In this document: positions 23,984 to 32,000 of the stretch, piece after piece
Layout of the letters: every line of letters starts with the position of its first letter
Position numbering within the stretch: the first letter of the stretch is position 1
Assembly: GCA_027460535.1 (NCBI GenBank)
Contig: JAPZAR010000031.1
Coordinates: forward strand, 60,001 to 92,000
Reading direction: 5' to 3'
Source: Candidatus Methanoperedens sp.
GTDB lineage: Archaea; Halobacteriota; Methanosarcinia; Methanosarcinales; Methanoperedenaceae
DNA length: 32,000 bases
Translations under genes and position numbers: made by a program
Notes under the pieces: generated by a model
The model's input: the letters and a program-made list of their open reading frames with translations, nothing else
Database searches by the model: none
Told to the model about the DNA's origin: nothing

Positions 23984-25018
23984 TTATTTTTTGAAATACG
24001 GGTTAAATTCATTGGTGTAGATATCAGAAGGCTTCAATTGGCCGTTCTTTATTATTCCATTTTTGGCAAATATATCAAACCACCACTGCACATCTTTATC
24101 TTTTATAAACCCGTGCTCCCATGTCCTTTTAGGACTCCAGTATTTTGCCAGGTCAGGATTCCCACCTTGCTTTTTATATATCTCAGCGACAATTTTTTCA
24201 GCTTCTTCGGGGTTCTCTGCCGACCAGTCATACGCCTTAGCTATTGCAGCAACAAATCTTTTTACAGCCTCAGGATTTTGTTCTATCAGGTCCTCCCGCA
24301 CTCCATAGACATACAATGCAGTCTCACCCCGTACGTCATAGTTAGAAAACAAAACTCTTGTATCCCCTCCATCCAATAATTTATCCGAAAATGGTGAATT
24401 TGCTGCAACTACATCGACCTGTCCGCTCTTCAAAACCTGCTCGTGCTGAGGCCACGGGACTACGATCAACTGGACCTGGTCGATGGAGGGCCCATTTTGC
24501 CTCAGGTATTCTCTTGTAACATAGTCTCCCTCAGCCCCCAGTCCATTTACAGCGATTTTTTTGCCAATTAGGTCCCTGGCGCTTTTAATGCTGCTGTTTT
24601 TCAACACTATCCAGAGTATGCCGGGTTCCTTCACATTTTGCCCCTGCCCTGCTACCACAACTTTGAGCCTCGCACCTCTATTAATTGCATTTATCCACGG
24701 CTGCCAGGCAGAGCCGGCAATATCAATGCTTCCAGCCAGTAGCGCCTGCACACTTTCTGTACCTACCTGTGTAGCCCCGATTATTTCAAGTTTAATACCC
24801 TGCTCCCTGAAAAACCCTTTCTCCTCAGCGATATCGATAGGGAGCGCAGAAGAACCCAGGTTACCTGTAGTTCTAAGTGTGAGCAGGTCTTTTTGTATGG
24901 CAGGTGTATTATCAATAGCTCTTGTTTCCTTTTTCGAAAACAATCCAGATCCAGCCGCTGCGGCAATCAGGACTACTAATACCAGTGCAGCCGAAAAGAA
25001 TTTCAATTTTTTTTTCAT
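23984..25018 (-). CDS. ABC transporter substrate-binding protein, NMT1/THI5 (NitT/TauT) type, copy 1
   Basis: N-terminal membrane anchor KFFSAALVLVVLIAAAAG. The periplasmic-binding fold pattern is shared with SsuA/TauA-like proteins. By eye about three quarters identical to copy 2. Confidence 0.85.
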   Translation of the reverse strand: MKKKLKFFSAALVLVVLIAAAAGSGLFSKKETRAIDNTPAIQKDLLTLRTTGNLGSSALPIDIAEEKGFFREQGIKLEIIGATQVGTESVQALLAGSIDIAGSAWQPWINAINRGARLKVVVAGQGQNVKEPGILWIVLKNSSIKSARDLIGKKIAVNGLGAEGDYVTREYLRQNGPSIDQVQLIVVPWPQHEQVLKSGQVDVVAANSPFSDKLLDGGDTRVLFSNYDVRGETALYVYGVREDLIEQNPEAVKRFVAAIAKAYDWSAENPEEAEKIVAEIYKKQGGNPDLAKYWSPKRTWEHGFIKDKDVQWWFDIFAKNGIIKNGQLKPSDIYTNEFNPYFKK

Positions 25019-25030
25019 TATGAACCTCGC

Positions 25031-26056
25031 TTATTTTTGGGAATACGGGTTAAATTCCTCAGTATAGATATCAGAAGGCTTCAATTGGCCATTTTTTATT
25101 ATTCCATCCTTGACAAAAATATCGAGCCACCACTGAATATCCGTATCTTTTATGAAGCCATGCTCCCATGCCCTCTTAGGACTCCAGTATTTCGCTAACT
25201 CAGGATTTCCTCCCCTCTTTTTATATATCTCAGCAACGATTTTTTTAGCTTCCACTGGATTCTCTTCCGACCAATCATATGCCTTTGCAATCGCGGCAAC
25301 AAATCTTTTTACGGTTTCAGGGTGTTGTTTTATCAGCTCCTCACGCACGCCGTAAGCACCCGATGCTGTTTCACCCCTAACGTCATAACCTGAGAATAGA
25401 ACCCTTGTATCGCCCCCCTCCAGTAATTTATCCGAAAATGGTGAATTTGCCGCAACTACATCCACCTGCCTGCTCCTTAAAACCTGCTCGTGTTGGGGCC
25501 AGGGTACCACGACCAGTTGAACCTGGTCAATAGAAAGCCCGTTCTTTTTCAGATATTCTCTTGTAATATAATCCGACTCTGCCCCGAGTACATTTATTGC
25601 TATTTTTTTGCCCACAAGGTCTTTAGCGGTTTTAATCGTGCTGTTTTTTAGCACTATCCAGAGTTGGCCCTGAAACTCTGCATTTTGCCCGAAAGCAGCT
25701 ACTACAGTTTTGACCTTGCTACCTCTGTTAGCGGCATTTATCCACGGCTGCCAGGCGGATGAAGCAAAATCAATACTTCCCGATATCAGTGCTTGCACGC
25801 CTTCTGTACCACCTGTTGTACTCCCGAGGCTTTCGATTTTAATTCCCTGTTCAGCAAAAAAGCCTTTTTCATCGGCGATATCATGGATACCTACAGAACC
25901 CAGACTTACCGTAGTCCGAAGGGTGGTCAAATCTTTTGATGTACCAGGCTTATTTACCTCTGCCTCTTTTTTCGAAAACGACCCAAATCCGGCTGTTCCG
26001 GCAACCAGTATTATTATCACCAGTGCAGCCGAAAAAAATTTCAAATTCTGTTTCAT
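25031..26056 (-). CDS. ABC transporter substrate-binding protein, NMT1/THI5 (NitT/TauT) type, copy 2
   Basis: Colinear paralog of 23984-25018 (long identical blocks such as SAWQPWINA, VVPWPQHEQVL, VDVVAANSPFSDKLL, KRFVAAIAKAYDWS). Confidence 0.85.
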   Translation of the reverse strand: MKQNLKFFSAALVIIILVAGTAGFGSFSKKEAEVNKPGTSKDLTTLRTTVSLGSVGIHDIADEKGFFAEQGIKIESLGSTTGGTEGVQALISGSIDFASSAWQPWINAANRGSKVKTVVAAFGQNAEFQGQLWIVLKNSTIKTAKDLVGKKIAINVLGAESDYITREYLKKNGLSIDQVQLVVVPWPQHEQVLRSRQVDVVAANSPFSDKLLEGGDTRVLFSGYDVRGETASGAYGVREELIKQHPETVKRFVAAIAKAYDWSEENPVEAKKIVAEIYKKRGGNPELAKYWSPKRAWEHGFIKDTDIQWWLDIFVKDGIIKNGQLKPSDIYTEEFNPYSQK

Positions 26057-26066
26057 AAAATCCTCC

Positions 26067-26867
26067 TTAGATATTTATTTCCTCTTTCCAGCCGGTAGCT
26101 TTCTTCTCCAGCCAGACAAGAGCATAATTAAGAGCAAGCCCCAGCACGACTAAAGTAACGATTGCAGCGTACATCTCAGGAATCATGAAGTTGTACTGCG
26201 AATTTATGATGAGAAACCCCAGCCCTGATTTGGCGCCGATCATTTCTGCAGCTACAAGAACCACAAGAGATATCGAAGCGCTCATCCTGATACCAGAGGC
26301 TATTGACGGTATCGAAGAAGGCAGCACTACTTTCCTGAAAATGAAAACGTTCGAAACAGCCATGGACCTTGCAGATTTTATCAGGAGCGGGTCAACATTT
26401 TTCACTCCGCTTATGGTGTTTATCAAAATCGGCCACAGTGATGCTTGAAAGAGTAGGGCGACCTTGGAGGCTTCGCCTATCCCGAGGAAGAGTATGAAAA
26501 CAGGGTATAACGCCAGGGTTGAGGTATTCCTGAAAGCCTGGATTAAAGGATCGACAAACCTTTCAAACAGTTTATACCATCCCATCAATATCCCGAGCGG
26601 AATAGCCACCAGCACTGCAAGAGCAAATCCCAAAAAAGCCCTCTGCAGGCTTATCAGTATATGTTCTATCAAAATACCTGAAGAAAGCATTTTTATAAGC
26701 GCCGCTACCACTTCGGAGACCGGGGGAAGAAAAGCGCGGTCTACTATACCTGCATCAGGCAATATTTCCCAGAGTGCAAGGAATATCACTATTATTAAAC
26801 TTCTCTGGATGCCGTTTCTCAGAAAGGAGATGCCTTTTATGAAGTTCTTTTCCATCTGCCTACGCAC
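26067..26867 (-). CDS. ABC transporter permease (SsuC/TauC-like)
   Basis: Multi-TM protein with the EAA-type loop KSARSMAVSNVFIFRKVVLPSSIPSIASGIR. It overlaps the ATPase gene by 8 nt. Confidence 0.85.
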   Translation of the reverse strand: MRRQMEKNFIKGISFLRNGIQRSLIIVIFLALWEILPDAGIVDRAFLPPVSEVVAALIKMLSSGILIEHILISLQRAFLGFALAVLVAIPLGILMGWYKLFERFVDPLIQAFRNTSTLALYPVFILFLGIGEASKVALLFQASLWPILINTISGVKNVDPLLIKSARSMAVSNVFIFRKVVLPSSIPSIASGIRMSASISLVVLVAAEMIGAKSGLGFLIINSQYNFMIPEMYAAIVTLVVLGLALNYALVWLEKKATGWKEEINI

Positions 26868-27711
26868 CCGCTTTTTGAATTAATTCACTTCGAACAGCGT
26901 GCCTGCAACCAACTTCCTGCTGGGCTTTCGCGACCTCACCTTTTACCAACCCCCAGATATCGTACCTCAATTTTGCAAATTCAGGTGAGGATTTTGTTTC
27001 TTCATCCAGCCGTGGTCTGGGAAGATCTACATCAACGATATCCTTTATTACACCCGGCCGTGCAGTCATTATCGCAATGCGATCTGCAAGGAAGACAGCT
27101 TCATCGATGCTGTGGGTCACGAATAAGATCGTCTTATGTGTTTCTTCCCATATCCTCAACAGCTCTACCTGGAGGATCTCCCTTGTCTGTGCATCCAGTG
27201 CCCCGAAGGGTTCATCCATCAGTAAGACATCAGGATCATAAGCAAGCGCCCTTGCTATTGCAACGCGCTGTTTCATTCCACCGCTCAGTTCATACGGGTA
27301 GTGGTTCTCAAAGCTCGATAATCCCACTAACGAGAGATATTTTCGTGCGATAGCTTCTCTTTCGTTTTTAGGCGTTCCTTTAGCTTCCAGCCCGAATTCC
27401 ACATTCTCAAGAGCCTTTCTCCACGGGAACAGGGCATATCCCTGGAAAACTATCCCCCTGTCCAGAGCAGGGCCGTTTATGGGCTTACCATCGATATAGA
27501 TTCTCCCGCCGCTTGGCTGGGTCATACCACCCACTATGTCAAGGAACGTTGACTTTCCGCATCCGCTTGGACCTACCAGTGCCAGGAATTCTCCTTTTTT
27601 GATTTCCAGGTTCACGCTGTCCAGAGCCAGAAGTTGTGAGTTCCCGTTCTGCCTGCCGTTGGTCTTTGTCTTGAATATTTTTGTGATATTTTCTGCCAGG
27701 ATCTTTGACAT
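26860..27711 (-). CDS. ABC transporter ATP-binding protein (SsuB/TauB/NrtD-like)
   Basis: Walker A GPSGCGKST, signature LSGGMKQR, Walker B LLMDEPFGALD and H-loop VTHS. Confidence 0.9.
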   Translation of the reverse strand: MSKILAENITKIFKTKTNGRQNGNSQLLALDSVNLEIKKGEFLALVGPSGCGKSTFLDIVGGMTQPSGGRIYIDGKPINGPALDRGIVFQGYALFPWRKALENVEFGLEAKGTPKNEREAIARKYLSLVGLSSFENHYPYELSGGMKQRVAIARALAYDPDVLLMDEPFGALDAQTREILQVELLRIWEETHKTILFVTHSIDEAVFLADRIAIMTARPGVIKDIVDVDLPRPRLDEETKSSPEFAKLRYDIWGLVKGEVAKAQQEVGCRHAVRSELIQKAGA

Positions 27712-27802
27712 GGTTCTCCTTCGATATCCTTAAGTTTTGCAGGCACTATTGGCTACTGCTTCCTACTTACCCCATAATTGGTTTTATCTGAGAAACTTTC
27801 AC

Positions 27803-29194
27803 TTACCTCAGTATCTCGATAAAAGACTCGATACGGTTCTCTGACTGCTCCAGCGCCTCCATGCGCCCCAGTTCACCGACCTCGATGAATGTCGTGGGTA
27901 CTCCGGTCTTTTCTTTGATAATATCCGACATCATTCTTGCCACCGCGGTCTGGAAATTGCAGCCCCAGTTGTACATGAATACTACACCATCAGCTCTTGA
28001 TTTCTTCACCTGCTCGGCTGTCCACTCAGCCCTCTTCTCTGTAGGCTGCTCGTAGGGGAAAGAGAGTATTGCTCTGCCAAGGTTCTCATATGGGTCTCCG
28101 TTTTCCATGACGTCGGAACTCACAGAACTCCAGTTATCATCGCGCCCGACAAGTACGCCTCCGGCTTTCTCAACGTGGTGCGGATTCGGGCCCACGCATG
28201 AGCCGCATACGAACAGACGCTTCGGGTCGTCAACAAGCCCTGTGCCTATGACCGAATGTTTGACCCTTTCCTCGACCTCTTTCTTTGTCTCTTCCAGAAC
28301 TCCCACGGTCGCAACAGGGTCTCCCACGAAATCGTTCGCAAGGAACGGTACGCCGTAAAAGTCCGTACTGTTTATCGGGGGTACCTTTGCCGACCACCAG
28401 AGTTCGATAATATCACGAGCCAGTTGGCGTCCTTTGTTCTCAAGCTTTATCTCCTCCAGGACATCTTTATCTGTAACCTCTTTTCCTGATGCATCACTGA
28501 TTTTTTTAGTCAGTGTACGGAGCATAGTAGCGAGATAACTCAAAGCCCATTCCTTATTTTCATTTTCAATAGGGTAATCCACAAGATACCTGGGAACCTC
28601 GCCGTTTTTACTGCGGTGGGATTCAACAAGGTAAGCCATGTCGGAGCAGCGTAAGCAGAGGTAAGGGGCGATCAGGTCAACAGGCACGACTTTATCATCA
28701 ATAGCTGCGTGGGCTGCGATCTGGTTGCATGCTTCTATGCTTATCTTTTTCCTGCCTGATTCAAGGATTTCCAGCCCCCGCAGATCAGCCTCCCTGAGAT
28801 TCAATCCCTCCTGCATGGTTCTTGCCCACTGCATCACGAACCCGGGTCGCAGCGGTATTCCGCCAGCCGCGTAATAAGGGTCCATGGACTGCCCGCCCTG
28901 GATCAGAACGACGGGCACGCCTCTACCATGAGCCTCTAACAGGCGGTCCTTAAGAGTAAGGGTCAGGTAGCCCCTTTTGATGCCGCCGAAGAACTCCACG
29001 TCATCAGAAAGCCTGCCGATATGGTTGGCGCTGCTGTCAAAAGCGAACGGGAACCTCTTCGGGGCTTCCCTGGTCATGAAGGCCCAGACCTGTGACGCTG
29101 GAACGCTTGTTCCATCCCTGAAATTTATGTCCTCGGTCTCAGCAAACTGCGGCTCCAGCTCTGCCGGATAACTGAACAGTCCGTTATTGCTCAT
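27803..29194 (-). CDS. 2-hydroxyacyl-CoA dehydratase / benzoyl-CoA reductase family subunit (HgdA/BcrC-like, 463 aa)
   Basis: The size, Cys pattern (EACNQ, CLRCSD, CGSCVGP, NWGCNF) and an ATGA overlap with a second HGD-D-type subunit and an adjacent activase fit this family. Subunit identity (alpha or beta) is not resolved. Confidence 0.7.
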   Translation of the reverse strand: MSNNGLFSYPAELEPQFAETEDINFRDGTSVPASQVWAFMTREAPKRFPFAFDSSANHIGRLSDDVEFFGGIKRGYLTLTLKDRLLEAHGRGVPVVLIQGGQSMDPYYAAGGIPLRPGFVMQWARTMQEGLNLREADLRGLEILESGRKKISIEACNQIAAHAAIDDKVVPVDLIAPYLCLRCSDMAYLVESHRSKNGEVPRYLVDYPIENENKEWALSYLATMLRTLTKKISDASGKEVTDKDVLEEIKLENKGRQLARDIIELWWSAKVPPINSTDFYGVPFLANDFVGDPVATVGVLEETKKEVEERVKHSVIGTGLVDDPKRLFVCGSCVGPNPHHVEKAGGVLVGRDDNWSSVSSDVMENGDPYENLGRAILSFPYEQPTEKRAEWTAEQVKKSRADGVVFMYNWGCNFQTAVARMMSDIIKEKTGVPTTFIEVGELGRMEALEQSENRIESFIEILR

Positions 29195-30378
29195 GCTTCC
29201 ACCTCTCTGTCATGTTTATTTCGTATCATCTCAACGAAAGCCTCCGCTCTGGTTCTTATTGCTTCGATATCAGAGCGTGCATACTCGGTATGGATCTCAA
29301 GCAGGGGTATGCCCTCTTTTTTGAGGACATCTTTCGTCTCACCTGCCTTGAACGTGAAGGGGTCGCAGTAACGCAGCGTATGGTAAATTACTCCCTGCGC
29401 CTTCTGGTCATGGATCTGTTTTTTCAGGTTCTTAAGCCGCCTGTCCGTTTTCAGGTCAAGGTACGGAAGCGCTGCATGGGGAACTCTGTTGATATAAGCA
29501 TCCGCTATGCCTTTTATAGACGGCTCCTTAATATCCACATGCAGGAAGGGGCTAAGACCTGACCACAGGTCATCGCCCACAATCCTGCCCCCAACCTGCT
29601 CGATAATATCTAAAAGCTTTGAATCTCCGGGAGGTATTATGCTTCCCGACAGCAGGATGCGGGCATCGCCATTCAGTTTTGCTGTTACCGGAGCGCCGTG
29701 TTTTTCTTTCAGCTCTTTTAACAGCTCCTGTAATAACGAAAAGTACTGCTCCCTGTCGAGGTAATACCCTGCGTGTATTACATCAAAAACCTCGCGCCAT
29801 TTGATCGGAGCATCAACCGCAGCCTGATATCTGTACAGTTTTCCTATGGCTTTTCTTATGCCATTGTAAAGTTTGATGGATTCAGCGAGCTTGTTCTTAT
29901 CAAGTTTATTTCCTGAGAATTCTTCCAGTCTATGTGTGAAGGCTTCCAGTTCTTTCCAGAAATATTCCTGCCCTTCAGGCAGATAGAAATTTCTCGGCAC
30001 ACCGAGGATGACCGTATTAACCTTGAAATAATATTTTATAAGCTCCGCCATGCGGTACATCTGCAGGCAGGTAGCATCTATCGCCACCATATCCGTGTTT
30101 TTAATATACGGGTCCTGGTTCTCAGCAAATAGACCGACGCTCTCCCTTACGAAAACGCAGTTTTTAGTTGAAATATACCTGGCGCCAATCTCAACCAACC
30201 TGTCATCCCCCCCTTTCCCCAGCCTGACAGGGATCAATCCAAGCGCATGGATTATTTCTTCAGGAATATTGTAATTGAACCATCCCACAACATTTGCTCC
30301 ATTTTCCCTTGCTTTGGCGAGCTCTCCGGGTCTTTCCTTTACAGCCTCGTCGATCTTTTTTAACGTATCCAGCGCCAT
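29191..30378 (-). CDS. 2-hydroxyacyl-CoA dehydratase / benzoyl-CoA reductase family subunit (HgdB/BcrB-like, 395 aa)
   Basis: Typical family blocks: VGWFNYNIPEEIIHALGLIPVRL, DATCLQMYRMAE and GVIYHTLRYCDPFTF. It starts 3 nt after the activase stop. Confidence 0.7.
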   Translation of the reverse strand: MALDTLKKIDEAVKERPGELAKARENGANVVGWFNYNIPEEIIHALGLIPVRLGKGGDDRLVEIGARYISTKNCVFVRESVGLFAENQDPYIKNTDMVAIDATCLQMYRMAELIKYYFKVNTVILGVPRNFYLPEGQEYFWKELEAFTHRLEEFSGNKLDKNKLAESIKLYNGIRKAIGKLYRYQAAVDAPIKWREVFDVIHAGYYLDREQYFSLLQELLKELKEKHGAPVTAKLNGDARILLSGSIIPPGDSKLLDIIEQVGGRIVGDDLWSGLSPFLHVDIKEPSIKGIADAYINRVPHAALPYLDLKTDRRLKNLKKQIHDQKAQGVIYHTLRYCDPFTFKAGETKDVLKKEGIPLLEIHTEYARSDIEAIRTRAEAFVEMIRNKHDREVEA

Positions 30379-30380
30379 TT

Positions 30381-31187
30381 TTACACCTTTCCTCCGTAGC
30401 TTTTTGCAAGTATTGCCGCTCCCAGCGCCCCAACCAACTGCGGATCGTATTCCGGTGCAACTATCTTAGCCTTCAGCACTTCTTCGAGTGCAGATTTCAT
30501 TCCCACATTCTTTGCCACCCCGCCTGAGAAGAACACATCACTTTCCAAACCTACGCGCGAAAACATCCCGGATACCCTGTTCGCAATGGCATGGTGGATT
30601 CCTTTGAGGATGTTCTCCGGTTTCTCGCCTCTTGCCAGCAGGGAAATAGTCTCGGATTCGGCGAAGACCGTGCATGTGCTGCTCATGGGCACGATTTCTT
30701 TTGCTTTCAGTGCTAAAGGACCAAGATCATTAAGTTTAACCTTGAAAACATTAGCCATTACTTCAAGGAATCGCCCTGTGCCCGCTGCGCATTTATCATT
30801 CATGGCAAAATCTATGACATTGCCATCCTCGTCCAGGCGGATCGCCTTGCAGTCCTGTCCCCCCATATCGATTATTGTTCTTGTTCCAGGATGGAGATAA
30901 TGGGCGCCTTTTGCATGGCAGGTTATCTCGGTTACGGTCTTGTTTGCATACGGGGCTGAAATTCTGCCATAACCTGTAGCAACGATATATTTCAGGTCAT
31001 CACGCGTCAGTTTTGCCGCATCAAGCGCCTTCTGGAGAGCCTTCAGGCCATTCTCTTCCGTATTTATCCCAGTTGGAATAAGACCGTGGCCAAGTATAGT
31101 GCCGTTGGATACGATCACAGATTTGGTCGTTAGCGAGCCCACATCCACACCCGCAAATATTGGTTTATCATCTATTTTTTTTGTCAT
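30381..31187 (-). CDS. HgdC-type activase (BcrAD/BadFG ATPase family, CoA-substrate-specific enzyme activase)
   Basis: FAGVDVGSLTTKSVIV (ASKHA phosphate-1), IDMGGQDCKAI and NDKCAAGTGRFLE (cluster-bridging Cys region) are hallmark blocks of this family. Confidence 0.85.
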   Translation of the reverse strand: MTKKIDDKPIFAGVDVGSLTTKSVIVSNGTILGHGLIPTGINTEENGLKALQKALDAAKLTRDDLKYIVATGYGRISAPYANKTVTEITCHAKGAHYLHPGTRTIIDMGGQDCKAIRLDEDGNVIDFAMNDKCAAGTGRFLEVMANVFKVKLNDLGPLALKAKEIVPMSSTCTVFAESETISLLARGEKPENILKGIHHAIANRVSGMFSRVGLESDVFFSGGVAKNVGMKSALEEVLKAKIVAPEYDPQLVGALGAAILAKSYGGKV

Positions 31188-31326
31188 ATTATACTCCTAA
31201 TGTAGAGTAAACACACTATACTCTATTCTTATAATACTCTTTAGAAATCAGCAACTGCAGCCTAATTTATTCCAAATCCTGCATCATTGTGGCAATATTT
31301 TCCGAATCAATTCTGTTTTCTGCCGT

Positions 31327-31557
31327 CTAGAAAGTATAGAACGCCAGGGTACCAAATGGAAGCATAAACCCCAGAAGAATCACCTGCACTCCAAAGGCAT
31401 CCCCTATTATCCCTCCAAGCATAGGCCTAAGAATAGCGCCAGTGCTGGAGCCAAGGAATGGTGATTCTATCTTGTCCTTTTCTCCATCAATATTTCCAAG
31501 CTGTGTAAAATCAGGGTTAGGCAGCCCGGAATGTATTCCAAGGATTAATGAAGCCAT
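31327..31557 (-). CDS. hypothetical protein, possibly a remnant of a transporter C-terminus
   Basis: The C-terminal half (ILRPMLGGIIGDAFGVQVILLGFMLPFGTLAFYTF) looks like the last TM helices of an MFS-type protein. The N-terminal half does not. There is no upstream continuation in frame. Confidence 0.3.
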   Translation of the reverse strand: MASLILGIHSGLPNPDFTQLGNIDGEKDKIESPFLGSSTGAILRPMLGGIIGDAFGVQVILLGFMLPFGTLAFYTF

Positions 31558-31734
31558 TCCAGGTTGGGTGATATCTTTTCCTAATCCAGGTCTCCCTCAG
31601 TTGAGCCGCCTTCGTAAAAAAGCTGTCTGTAGAATAGTGAAGCAATGGGCTGAATCTATCTACTGAGGCTATCCCCGCGAGATCATCACCCACATGGAAA
31701 GTATTTTTGCGTGCGCTGCGAATATTCTGCCCCG

Positions 31735-31762
31735 TAAAAAAGGAGGAGAGTTTAATCTCTCC
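31735..31762 (-). terminator. hairpin plus T-tract terminator of the surface-protein gene
   Basis: On the minus strand: GGAGAG-attaaa-CTCTCC followed by TCCTTTTTT. The stop codon lies in the loop. Confidence 0.45.
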
Positions 31763-32000
31763 TCAGTATTAAATATCCTGTCGTAACAAGTCCTGCCATT
31801 GCAAACAACTCCCAATACCACTGCTGTGGTTCGGCTATAATGCCCGGTTTCGTATCCGTCTGCAGGGAATTTGACGATAGTGTTTGAGATGGCGCTGCTG
31901 CCTGCAGCGAGGCAGGCGCTGGAGTTGCAGCTGCTGTCTGTGTCGCAGCGGGCATGGTAGTAGCAGTTGCTGTAGCACTTGCGGCTTTTAATTCCACCTT
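31752..32000 (-). CDS. 3' end of a secreted/surface protein with Thr/Ala/Pro-rich linker and PGF/PEF-CTERM-like sorting tail (5' end outside the window)
   Basis: The frame is open to the window edge. ...ATATATTMPAATQTAAATPAPASLQAAAPSQ... is followed by WELFAMAGLVTTGYLILRRD, a hydrophobic helix plus a basic end as in archaeosortase targets. Confidence 0.6.
   Translation of the reverse strand, partial: KVELKAASATATATTMPAATQTAAATPAPASLQAAAPSQTLSSNSLQTDTKPGIIAEPQQWYWELFAMAGLVTTGYLILRRD

Noticed and set aside
24561-26153. 168-aa and 147-aa plus-strand ORFs (24561-25067 and 25710-26153), plus smaller ones
   Set aside because: They are antisense to the two SBP genes and are mirror images of each other only because the SBP genes are duplicates. 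Their composition is atypical (Ser/Pro/Ala/Phe-rich).
31558-31750. ~75-codon open minus-strand frame (…FHVGDDLAGIASVDRFSPLLHYSTDSFFTKAAQLRETWIRKRY…) between the surface-protein terminator and ORF 31327-31557
   Set aside because: The only in-frame start (GTG) gives 58 aa. There is no SD, no recognisable family, and the frame differs from the downstream ORF. It could be a pseudogene fragment, but I cannot support it.

Overview
This is an archaeal chromosomal segment that looks Methanosarcinales-like (methanogen or ANME). That guess rests on a bifunctional Fae-Hps gene, UPF0212/DUF357/Dph6-type archaeal housekeeping genes, a PGF/PEF-CTERM-like sorting tail and archaeal-type SD boxes. It is not verified.

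Layout from left to right:
- 479-8240, + strand: a DinD/Bro-N-like gene, then a tightly overlapped mre11-rad50-nurA-(170 aa ORF)-herA operon.
- 8.5-12.4 kb: a small accessory islet. It holds a Fic gene bracketed by 55-62 nt GC-rich direct repeats, a MazEF-type toxin-antitoxin pair and an orphan Arch_ATPase/DUF234 ATPase.
- 12.5-16.2 kb, - strand: housekeeping genes (Dph6-like PP-loop ATPase, UPF0212, DUF357, two tandem Sm-fold-like small proteins, Fae-Hps).
- 16.3-20.15 kb, - strand: pstSCAB. PstB carries a C-terminal TusA-like domain, and no phoU is present in the window.
- 20.15-23.3 kb: a gene-poor, small-ORF-rich regulatory region with two paralogous winged-helix regulators, a zinc-ribbon small ORF, a composite palindrome and tRNA-Cys(GCA).
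- 23.7-31.2 kb, - strand: a co-directional cluster of HgdC-type activase, two 2-hydroxyacyl-CoA-dehydratase/benzoyl-CoA-reductase-family subunits, a NitT/TauT-type ABC importer with tandemly duplicated binding proteins, and a stand-alone TusA.
- 31752-32000: the 3' end of a surface-protein gene.

The most unusual signal is a translation-initiation module that recurs five times between 20.15 and 23.2 kb (SD, ATG, a few codons, then AGA AGG RAT...). In four of the five copies the ATG frame stops after 10-18 codons. The +1 frame stays open in all four: a 131-codon frame in one copy, a frame running into a winged-helix domain in another, and two short frames ending in stop/start overlaps with the next gene. 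This could be programmed +1 recoding, a leader-peptide device or a shared operator. I cannot tell which from sequence alone. No CRISPR array, transposase or integrase was seen.
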